Shown: in pieces, positions 1-10,774 of the stretch | Layout of the letters: the number at the start of each line of letters is the position of its first letter | Position numbering within the stretch: position 1 is the stretch's first letter | From: Macrostomum lignano | Taxonomy: Eukaryota | Direction: 5' to 3' | Length of the DNA: 64,000 bases | Assembly (NCBI GenBank): GCA_002269645.1 | Contig: NIVC01000356.1 | Location: forward strand, 372,001-436,000 | Program-made: the position numbers and the translations under genes | The notes under the pieces: generated by a model | Seen by the model: the letters and a program-made list of their open reading frames with translations, nothing else | Told to the model about the DNA's origin: nothing | Database searches by the model: none

Positions 1-1395
1 GACATTCCATAATAGACATTCCATAATAGACATTCCATAATAGACATTTCCTAACAGACATTCCATAATAGACATTCCATAATAGACATTCCATAATAGA
101 CATTTCCTAACAGACATTCCATAATAGACATTCCATAATAGACATTCCCTAACACACATTCCCTAATAGACATTCTCTAACAGAAATTCCATAATAGACA
201 TTCCATAATAGACATTCCATAATAGACATTCCCTAACAGACATTCCATAATAGACATTCCCTAACAGACATTCCATAATAGACATTCCCTAACAGACATT
301 CCATAATAGACATTCCCTAATAGACATTCTCTAATAGACATTCCCTAACAGACATTTCCTAATAGAAATAACCTAATAGAAATTCCCTGGTAGACATTCC
401 CTAATAGACATTCCCTAATAGACATTCCCTCATAGAAATTCCCTAACAGACATTTCCTAATAGACATTTCCTAACAGACATTCCATAATAGACATTCCAT
501 AATAGACATTCCCTAATAGACATTCTCTAACAGAAATTCCATAATAGACATTCCATAATAGACATTCCCTAACAGACATTCCATAATAGACATTCCATAA
601 TAGACATTCCATAATAGACATTCCCTAACAGACATTCCATAATAGACATTCCATAATAGACATTCCATAATAGACATTCCCTAACAGACATTTCCTAATA
701 GACATTCCCTAACAGACATTCCCTAACAGACATTCCCTAATAGACATTCCCTAATAGACATTCCCTAACAGACATTCCCTAATAGACATTCCCTAACAGA
801 CATTCCATAATAGACATTCCCTAACAGACATTCCCTAATAGACATTCCCTAATAGACATTTCCTAATAGACATTTCCTAATAGACATTTCCTAATAGACA
901 TTCCCTAATAGACATTCCATAATAGACATTCCCTAATAGGCATTCTCAATAGACATGCCGTAATAGACATTCCCTAATAGACATTCCCTAATAGACATTC
1001 CCTAATAGACATTTCCTAATAGACATTCCTTAATAGACATTCCCTAACAGACATTCCCTAATAGACATTCCCTCATAGAAATTCCCTAATAGACATTTCC
1101 TAATAGACATTCCTTAATAGACATTCCCTAACAGACATTCCCTAATAGACATTTCCTAATAGACATTTCCTAATAGACATTCCCTAATAGACATTCCATA
1201 ATAGACATTCCCTAACAGACATTCCCTAATAGACATTCCCTCATAGAAATTCCCTAATAGACATTTCCTAATAGACATTTCCTAATAGACATTCCCTAAT
1301 AGGCATTCCCTAATAGACATTCCATAATAGACATTCCCTAATAGACATTCCCTAATAGGCATTCTCAATAGACATGCCGTAATAGACATTCCCTA
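1..1395. repeat. Minisatellite, 13-14-bp unit AATAGACATTCC(CT/AT), intronic
   Basis: Direct inspection; lies downstream of the donor at 1423. Confidence 0.95.
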
Positions 1396-1423
1396 TCGAA
1401 GGCACTGTAAGCATCAAACTCAC

Positions 1424-4400
1424 AGATTTGAGAACGAAAGATGGCCGCCGAGGCGGAGGCGGCGGGGCCAGAGGAGGCGGCGGGGCCAGCGGAGGCGGCG
1501 GGGCCAGCGGAGGCGGCGGGACCAGAGGAGGCGGCGGGACCAGAGGAGGCGGCGGGACCAGAGGAGGCGGTGCCGCCGCCAGTCGAGAAGGTGCCGCTAA
1601 AATTTACGGACCTGCTGGTTGTAGCGGCGCCTGCCTGCGCCTGCGGCCGCTGCTGCTGAGCGGAGCTGCTCACTAGCAGGCAGCAGCCGACGAAATGGAC
1701 GACACGCCGACAGTTCGGCTGAGCAGACTCGGACAGGTAGTCGGTCACAGTGGCCGACAGTCGCCTGCGGAGATCCTCACTGACATCGCCGGTGTTTGGC
1801 TGGGAGAATGACACGCCTGCGGGTTGTGCGGATGTGGGAGGGATGCGGGTGAGGCGGATGAGGGTGAGAGAGGATGGGAGGGTATGGGGATGAGGGGATG
1901 AGGATGGGAGGGATGAGGATTTGGAAGGATTTGGGATGGGGATGAGGGGCGTGAGGGGATGAGGATCTGGGATGGGGATAATGGGAATGAGGGAGGGGAT
2001 GAGGAAGAGGGGTGAGGAAGAGGGGATGAGGGATGAGGGGATGAGGATGAGGAAGAGGGGTTGAGGAAGAGGGGATGAGGGAGAGGATGGGGATGAGGGG
2101 ATGAGGATGAGAGGGGATGGAGATGAGGGGTGAGGGGATGAGGATCTTGGATGGGGATAATGGGAATGAGGGAGGGGATGAGGATCTGGGATGGGGATGA
2201 GGGGGATGAGGATCTGGGAGTGGGGATGGGGATGAGGGGATGAGGGAGGGGAATGGGGATGAGGGGATGAGGGAGGGTATTGGGATGAGGGGATGGGAAG
2301 GGATGAGGATAGGATGGGGATGAGGGGATAAGGATGGGAAGTGATGAGAGAAGGGATGAGGATGTGGGAGGTGATAACACTGTAACCGCACCCAGTCCAG
2401 GCTGGCTGGCTGTGCCATCGCAGGCCCCAGAGCCGGCCCTGCTGGCAGCGCCCTGCAGCAGGGTGGACTGGATTTCTTTTAGCGGCCGCGAGTGCAACAG
2501 TGAGGCGAGGCGGCGAGCCCGCGGGCCGCAGGCGTTCAGGCAGTCGACGCAGTCGTGGGAGGTCAGCGAGAAGACAGCGTTTTCTGTTTGGGCTGCATTG
2601 GACTGCAGTGAGCGGAAAGGAAAGCGAAGCGATTTGGTTATGCCGTTCATTGGTGCTTAACACTAAGGCTGTTGTGTTCAGGTGTACATCAGGACTGTTG
2701 TGTGTACGGGTGTACATCAGGACTGTGTGTGTACGGGTTTACATCAGGACTGTGTGTGTACAGGTGTACATCAGGACTGTTGTGTGTACGGGTGTACATA
2801 AGGACTGTGTGTGTACAGGTGTACATCAGGACTGTTGTGTGTACGGGTGTACATCAGGACTGTGTGTGTACGGGTTTACATCAGGACTGTGTGTGTACAG
2901 GTGTACATCAGGACTGTTGTGTGTACGGGTGTACATAAGGACTGTGTGTACAGGCGTACATCAGGACTGTTGTGTGTACGGGTGTACATCAGGACTGTGT
3001 GTGTACAGGTGTACATCAGGACTGTTGTGTGTACGGGTGTACATAAGGACTGTGTGTACAGGCGTACATCAGGACTGTGTGTGTACAGGTGTACATCAGG
3101 ACTGTGTATGTACAGGTATACATTAGCACGCAAATTTGATTCTTGATTTCACCAGAGCTTACAGCTGCAACAAGCCGGTCTGTGTGAGGAGAGCTCAGGG
3201 TTGAGCAGAGCAGCCGGAGCCGCCGCTGTCTCTCAAAGCTGGAGTGAGTCGATTCAAGTTTGTAGGCCTCCTCGCCTGAAAATTCTGAATCGTCAGTCAG
3301 AGCGGACGGCTCAGGCCCTGAGCAGCGGATGATTGCCGCCTCCCAGAAGCAGACGGATTTCACTATGTTCGCCTGCGGTTGTTGGGCAACAATTTAAGTG
3401 GCGTTGGCGAGCGATCTGTGTGCAGCTACCTTGATAACACTCTGGTCTCAACATCCTCCTCCCTGAACATAATTTAAGTATCTCTTATCCGAAGATTTAT
3501 GCAACACCCGTCTACCCAAAGATTCATTAAACACTATGCCCACCTGAAGGTTGATAAACATTCTCCTATTTAAACATTCATTAAACATCCTCCTTAGGCC
3601 TTGAAGATCCATTAAACACCCTCCTACCTGAAGATCCATTAAAAATCCAACCTGAAGATCCATTAAAAATCCTACCTGAAGATCCATTAAAGATCCTACC
3701 TGAAGATCCATTAAAAATCCTACCTGAAGATCCATTAAAGATCCTACCTGAAGATCCATTAAAAATCCTCTTATTTAAACGTCCATTAAACATCCTCCTA
3801 CCTGAAGATCCATTAAAGATCCTACCTGAAGATCCATTAAAAATCATCTTATTTAAACGTCCATTAAACATCATCCTACCTGAAGATCCATTAAAGATCC
3901 TACCTGAAGATCCATACATCATACTACCTGAAGATCCATTAAAGATCCTACCTGAAGATCCATTAAAAATCCTCTTATTTAAACGTCCATTAAACATCCT
4001 CCTACCTGAAGATCCATTAAAGATCCTACCTGAAGATCCATTAAAAATCCTCTTATTTAAACGTCCATTAAACATCCTCCTACCTGAAGATCCATTAAAG
4101 ATCCTACCTGAAGATCCATTAAAAATCCTCTTATTTAAACGTCCATTAAACATCCTCCTACCTGAAGATCCATTAAAGATCCTACCTGAAGATCCATTAA
4201 AAATCATCCTACCTGAAGATCCATTAAACATCATCCTACCTGAAGATCGATTAAAGATCCTAACTGAAGATCCATTAAACATCATCCTACCTGAAGATCG
4301 ATTAAAGATCCTAACTGAAGATCCATTAAAGATCCTACCTGAAGATCCATTAAAGATCCTACCTGAAGATCCATTAAACATCCTCCTACCTGAAGATCCA

Positions 4401-5224
4401 TTAAAGATCCTACCTGAAGATCCATTAAACATCATCCTACCTGAAGATCCATTAAACATCATCCTACCTGAAGATCGATTAAAGATCCTAACTGAAGATC
4501 CATTAAAGATCCTACCTGAAGATCCATTAAAGATCCTACCTGAAGATCCATTAAAGATCCTACCTGAAGATCCATTAAAGATCCTACCTGAAGATCCATT
4601 AAAAATCCTCTTATTTAAACGTCCATTAAACATCATCCTACCTGAAGATCCATTAAAGATCCTACCTGAAGATCCATACATCATACTACCTGAAGATCCA
4701 TTAAAGATCCTACCTGAAGATCCATTAAAGATCCTACCTGAAGATCCATTAAAAATCCTCTTATTTAAACGTCCATTAAACATCCTCCTACCTGAAGATC
4801 CATTAAAGATCCTACCTGAAGATCCATTAAAAATCCTCTTATTTAAACGTCCATTAAACATCCTCCTACCTGAAGATCCATTAAAGATCCTACCTGAAGA
4901 TCCATTAAAAATCCTCTTATTTAAACGTCCATTAAACATCCTCCTACCTGAAGATCTATCTCCCAAGTATCTCAAAAATAAAATTGAAGTCAGTCCCATC
5001 AGAGCAGCACTAACCACTGTCTGCAGTACCCGCAGCGCCAGGGCTTCAACATCGGCCTGCATGCGATTGTTGCGACTGCCGCCAGCGAAGGCGGTTGCCT
5101 TGGAGATTAGCGACTGCGTGTCCAGGCTTAAAAAATTCAATTCGTCGGTGCGCCAATGCACTTGACGCATGGCCGGTTCCGCTTGTTTGTGACTCATTTT
5201 TGACTGCAATAGTTGACAAAGCAT
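1424..5224 (-). CDS. Unidentified multi-exon protein-coding gene, 3' end beyond the left edge of the window
   Basis: Four exons join with consistent phases and good splice sites: 5224 (or acceptor 5203/ATG 5197)-5015 (donor GTTAGT), 3372-3163 (CCGCAG / GTAAGC), 2602-2392 (pyrimidine tract CACTGCAG / GTGCGG), 1816-1424 (CCGCAG / GTGAGT, phase 1). Joined protein: MSHKQAEPAMRQVHWRTDELNFL...LQTV|ANIVKSVCFWEAAIIRC...LVAA|SNAAQTENAVFSLTSHDCVDCL...PGL|GVSFSQPNTGDVSEDLRRRL...VVHFVGCCLLV. No family recognised. Confidence 0.7.
1830..2365. repeat. G-rich degenerate repeat (GGGGATGAG)n, intronic
   Basis: Fills the intron 2391-1817. Confidence 0.9.
2679..3120. repeat. Minisatellite, ~26-28-bp unit GGTGTACATCAGGACTGTTGTGTGTAC
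   Basis: Direct inspection; intron 3162-2603. Confidence 0.93.
3600..4955. repeat. Minisatellite, 24-bp core CCTACCTGAAGATCCATTAAAGAT with longer variants
   Basis: Direct inspection; source of the (GSSGRIFN)n ORF. Confidence 0.95.
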
Positions 5225-5271
5225 ATAGTTTTCGTTTTAGCTATGCAGATTTATGCTAGGTCAATTTGGCA

Positions 5272-5498
5272 CCGGTTGCTATGCAACAGATACCGACTAA
5301 TAGCTGGTTGCTATGCAGTAGAGACCGACTAATAGCTGGTTGCTATGCAACAGAAACGACTAATAGCTGGTTGCTATGCAACAGATAACGACTAATAGCT
5401 GGTTGCTATGCAACAGATAACGACTAATAGCTGGTTGCTATGCAACAGATAACGACTAATAGCTGGTTGCTATGCAACAGATAACGACTAATAGCTGG
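5272..5498. repeat. 32-bp tandem repeat GGTTGCTATGCAACAGATAACGACTAATAGCT; resumes at 6709-6787
   Basis: About 7 copies left and about 2.5 copies right of the TIR element. Confidence 0.9.
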
Positions 5499-5499
5499 T

Positions 5500-6708
5500 C
5501 CCCGTTGGATTTTGAGTTTTTAAAGTAGGCACGAAAGGTGAAGAGTTTTGCACCTTCTGCCTGACTTTCGCCTCTCCTATGCCTTTTTTGTGCCACTTGT
5601 GCACCTTTTGTTCACCTGAGTGCCTCTGCAGGGGCGGAAGGTGAATTTGAGGCACGAAATAGGCGGTAGGGGCACAGGTGTCGTTGGGGAGTTAGGTGCA
5701 TAAAAGGTGCACAGTGTGCGTTGAGGCACAGAAGGTGAATAAAGTAGGAATTGGGGGCATTGGGGGGAGTGAAAAGTGAATAAAATGTGCGCTGCTGTGG
5801 AGGTGCAGAAAAAGTGTACAGTGTGCACTGGAGGCACGAAAGGTGAATAAAAGGTGCACAGTGGGCACTTTAGGCGTAGAGGCAATGCAAGGGGCGTTAA
5901 AGTTTCAACTGGCGAAGTTATTTGCTTTCTTTTCTCACTATTGGAAATTTTTCCTCACTAATGCAAACCTTTTCATCACTTTTCGGAACTTTTCCTGAGT
6001 ATTTGAAAGTCATTAAGACTTATCAGTATAGGAAATGTTTAGTTTCGTGGTTTGTCAGGAGTAGGAAGGGGATAGCAGCGATTAGTATAGGTGTAAATAA
6101 AGCTTTTCTATGTTCAATCTGTGCGTGCAATGTACGAGTATGTAACTCTCAGTTAATTTTGTTACAAATTATTAATGCGTTAATTCGTGCATAGGCATGA
6201 AAGGTGAGCGAGGTGCACAAAAGAGGCACTTTAGGGGTCTATTTCGAGCGTGTTTTGGAAATGCACCTGTATACATATTTACGCACATGTACACCTTATG
6301 CACCTCTAATTCACCTTTCGTGCCTGAAATGCACCTTAAATGCACCTTAAATGCACCTCTAATTCACCTTTCATGCGCTTTCTGCGCCCCTTCAGCACCT
6401 TTCCTGCACCTGCTGTGCCTCACTTGTGAGCCTACTCTTCACCTTTTGCGCACCTCCAGTGCCCCTTGTACACCTTTACTGCCCCTACCGCCGCAACCAA
6501 TCAAAATTGAGAATTCACCTACTGCCTGACCACTTCACCTATTTTACACCTTTCATGCCTCTTTTCAAAAATATTGGTGACATTTAGGCATAAAAGGTGC
6601 ACTCAGGTGCATTTCCAAAGCACACACGAAATAGGCCACCAAAGTGCCTCTTTTGTGCACCTCGCTCACCTTTTGTGCCTCTGCAGGTGCATAACTTTTC
6701 CAACGGGG
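5500..6708. mobile_element. ~1.2-kb non-autonomous TIR/foldback-like element inserted in a 32-bp tandem array
   Basis: Termini are CCCCGTTGGA (5500-5509) and TCCAACGGGG (6699-6708). There is an internal perfect 33-bp inverted repeat (6200-6232 / 6641-6673) and many AGGTG/CACCT subrepeats. The same 32-bp array flanks both sides. No clear TSD and no transposase. Confidence 0.6.
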
Positions 6709-7289
6709 TCGCTATGCAACAGACACCGACTAAAAGCTGGTTGCTATGCAACAGACACCGACTAAAAGCTGGTTGCTATGCAACAGATGTTGATTATATC
6801 TGGATTGCTAAGCCCAAGCTGCATAAATTTCTACGGAAACGGTACATCATTGATAACTAATAGACCAATGAATGAAAATGCTAACACACGGACGCTTGAC
6901 AAAAGCAAATAAAATGAACACACGAGCGTAGTATTCAAATAAATAACAGAAAATATTTCCGTCACAGATGTATTTTTCAGCAAGCATAGTTCTCAAATAC
7001 CCGGCAATCACTGCTGCAATTGACAACTCAGAAATACCAATTATGAGACACAAAGACCAGCAGTCTCATACAGTTTATAAGAATGCAAAATACTTCTACA
7101 TTTTTACTGTGTAAAGGCGTGATTGGCAAAAATGCATGTTGTTTCTATTTTGTCTTAATTGCGCTACATTTGCAAACTTGAATGCAAATTGTTCATAAAA
7201 TAATGACAGAGGGTGTTAAGCAGGCAGACTCGCGCCTGAAAACCTGCCATGCTAACAAAAACTAGAGGGTCCGTGATGACTCTTGACAA

Positions 7290-7865
7290 GAGGTCAGTGA
7301 GGTCACCAAGATAACGGGTCAGTGAGGTCATCAGGACAAGGGGTCAGTGAGGTCATCTGTCAAAGGAGTCAGTGAGGTCATCTGACAAAGGGGTCAGTGA
7401 GGTCATCTGACAAAGGGGTCAGTGAGGTCATCTGTAAAAGGAGTCAGTGAAATCACCAAGACAAGGGGTCAGTGAAATCACCAAGACAAGGGGTCAGTGA
7501 AATCACCAAGACAAGGGGTCAGTGAAATCACCAGGACAAGAGATCAGTGAGGTCATCTAACAAGGGGGTCAGTGAGGTCATCTAACAAGGGGGTCAGTGA
7601 GGTCATCTAACAAGGGGGTCAGTGAGGTCATCTAACAAGGGGGTCAGTGAGGTCATCTAACAAGGGGGTCAGTGAGGTCATCTAACAAGGGGGTCAGTGA
7701 GGTCATCTAACAAGGGGGTCAGTGAGGTCATCTGTAAAAGGAGTCAGTGAGGTCACCAGAACAAGGGGTCAGTGAGGTCACCAAGACAAGGGATCAGTGA
7801 GGTCATCTAACAAAAGGGGTCAGTGAGGTCACCAAGACAAGGGATCAGTGAGATCATCTGGCAAA
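7290..7865. repeat. ~25-bp minisatellite GGGGTCAGTGAGGTCATCTAACAAG
   Basis: Direct inspection; intergenic, 3' of DIS3L2a. Confidence 0.93.
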
Positions 7866-8109
7866 AGGGTCATTAAAGTCAGCTAACACTACTTAAGAGG
7901 TCATAAACAAAGAAGCACTTTAGTTCCAGGTGTGACAAATTCAAAAAGATATTTCGACCTCACAGATAAGACAGAAAAGCACCAGTTAAAAAAGATGTTT
8001 TTATAAAGCAGCGGATCGCTAAATCTGAGCGATGACCGGCAACTCAAGGAAAACAGAGAAACATGAAAATAAGCAAGCCATCCACACGCTACTTATGAGT
8101 AGCTACTGG

Positions 8110-10738
8110 CTACTTTCGTGACACTTTCCTGCTGTGTATCGCAGCGGCCGCAGCCCCGGCGGCTTTTGCGGCGCTGGCGGCCTGGCGTGCGGCAGATTCG
8201 GCCCTCTTTGCCAGCCTCTTGGCCTCCGCGGCGGCCTTCGCTGCCGAGGCGGCAGCAGCAGCGGAGGCGGCGACAGCGGTGGTCGATTCGGCATTAGAGT
8301 TTGAGGCACAGTCTGGCTCGCTGTGGCTGCTGGCGCTGGCTCCGCTGTCATTATTGGACTGTAGTGAAGGTCAAGGTGGTGGGAGGTCAATAAGTGGTTG
8401 TGGCGTTTCATATTGGAATGGGGTCGGGGCGACTCTTGGTGCAAGATGGGGTTGGGGGAGATTAGTGATTCGTGAATGATGCGGATAGGGGAGATTAGTG
8501 AATGATGGGGATAGGGGAGATTAGTGATTCGTGAATGATGCGGATAGGGGAGATTAGTGAATGATGGGGATAGGGGAGATTAGTGATTCGTGAATGATGC
8601 GGATAGGGGAGATTAGTGAATGATGGGGATAGGGGAGATTCGTGAATGATGGGGTTGGGGAGATTAGTGAATGATGCGGATAGGGGAGATTAGTGAATGA
8701 TGGGGTTGGGGAGATTAGTGAATGATGGGGTTGGGGAGATTAGTGAATGATGGGGTTGGGGGAGATTCGTGAATGATGGGATTGGGGGAGATTAGTGAAT
8801 GATGGGGTTGGGGAGATTAGTGAATGATGGGGTTGGGGGAGATTCGTGAATGATGGGGTTGGGGGAGATTAGTGAATGATGGGGTTGGGGAGATTAGTGA
8901 ATGATGGGGTTGGGGAGATTAGTGAATGATGGGGTTGGGGAGATTAGTGAATGATGGGGTTGGGGGAGATTCGTGAATGATGGGATTGGGGGAGATTAGT
9001 GAATGATGGGGTTGGGGAGATTAGTGAATGATGGGGTTGGGGGAGATTCGTGAATGATGGGATTGGGGGAGATTAGTGAATGATGGGGTTGGGGAGATTA
9101 GTGAATGATGGGGTTGGGGGAGATTCGTGAATGATGGGATTGGGGAGATTAGTGAATGATGGGGTTGGGGAGATTAGTGAATGATGGGGTTGGGGAGATT
9201 AGTGAATGATGGGGTTGGGGAGATTAGTGAATGATGGGGTTGGGGGAGATTCGTGAATGATGGGATTGGGGGAGATTAGTGAATGATGGGGTTGGGGAGA
9301 TTAGTGAATGATGGGGTTGGGGAGATTAGTGAATGATGGGGTTGGGGGAGATTCGTGAATGATGGGGTTGGGGAGATTAGTGAATGATGGGGTTGGGGGA
9401 GATTCGTGAATGATGGGATTGGGGGAGATTAGTGAATGATGGGGTTGGGGAGATTAGTGAATGATGGGGTTGGGGGAGATTCGTGAATGATGGGATTGGG
9501 GGAGATTAGTGAATGATGGGGTTGGGGAGATTAGTGAATGATGGGGTTGGGGAGATTAGTGAATGATGGGGTTGGGGAGATTAGTGAATGATGGGGTTGG
9601 GGAGATTCGTGAATGATGGGGATGGGGAGATTCATGAAGGAAGGATGGGGATGGGGAGATTCATGAAGGATGGGGATGGGGAGATTCATGAAGGATGGGG
9701 TTGGTGTCGAAGATTCTGGATTCGGGCAATGACAAAGAGCTTACACTAGCGGAGCCAGACTCTTCGTCAGTATCCGAAATCTCTTCCAGTTCGCTCTCGT
9801 CAGAGTCTGCAACAACTGAAAGCGAATGCGGCGCTGACCCGGCCGTTTCCTGACTGTCTTGCTGATTAGCGGCGCATTTCGGACATTCCGGCCGGCGAAT
9901 TCGCAGATTAATTTGCAACAGATTATCTTCGGACGCCTCCAGGTAGACGGGCACCTCGGAGCGGAAGTTCAGCTTGAGCGTCAGCCGGTGCGGGCAGCTG
10001 CCAGCGGGCGGGAACACCAGGTTGCAGGCCTTCTGCCGCCGTCTCACCACCAGGCCGGGGCACTGCGATTGGAGTCGCTGATAGTCCAATCTAGTGGTGA
10101 ACAGCAGCTGGGGAATCATCACCTGCGATTGCGGTTGGGTTGGGTGAGGACTGAGCGTCAGGAGAGGAGAGACAGGGTGAGATAGAAGATTAACCAGACC
10201 AAGGAACCAGGTCAGGTGAGACTAGGAATCAGGTCAGGTGAGACTAGGAACCAGGTCAGGAGAGACTAGGAACCAGGTGAGGTGAGACTAGGAACCAGGT
10301 CAGGTGAGACTAGGAACCAGGTCAGGTGAGACTAGGAACCAGGTGAGGTGAGACTAGGAACCAGGTCAGGTGAGACTAGGAACCAGGTGAGGTGAGACTA
10401 GGAACCAGGTCAGGTGAGACTAGGAACCAGGTGAGGTGAGACTAGGAACCAGATCAGGCGAGACTAGGAACCAGGTGAGGTGAGAGCCACCCCAGTTACT
10501 CTAGTATCTGTGAGTGAGACTCGGCAAATGATGAGAGGAGCTGCAAGAACTAAGCTAGCAGCGAGCCCAAACCTCCATGCCGAGCCGGCCGACAGACTTG
10601 GCAAACGCGAAGCCCTCGCTTGGCCCGGTGGCGCGCAGGAAGGCGGCATAGAATAGCTGGGAGCTGCGTTCGGACGCTCGCTTGGCGCTGATGCGCCACC
10701 TGTTGCACCACATGGCCTGGGCTTCCACCTGATCGGCC

Positions 10739-10774
<36 letters not shown>

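Noticed and set aside
3581-4955. 547-aa ORF as a real repeat protein
   Set aside because: A strong donor (GTTAGT at 5014) joins in phase to the next exon, and the rest is minisatellite. Kept only as a splicing curiosity.
6847-7053. Hydrophobic 68-aa ORF as an upstream exon of gene X or a membrane micropeptide
   Set aside because: AT-rich composition unlike the other exons, a non-ATG start and no convincing in-phase donor.
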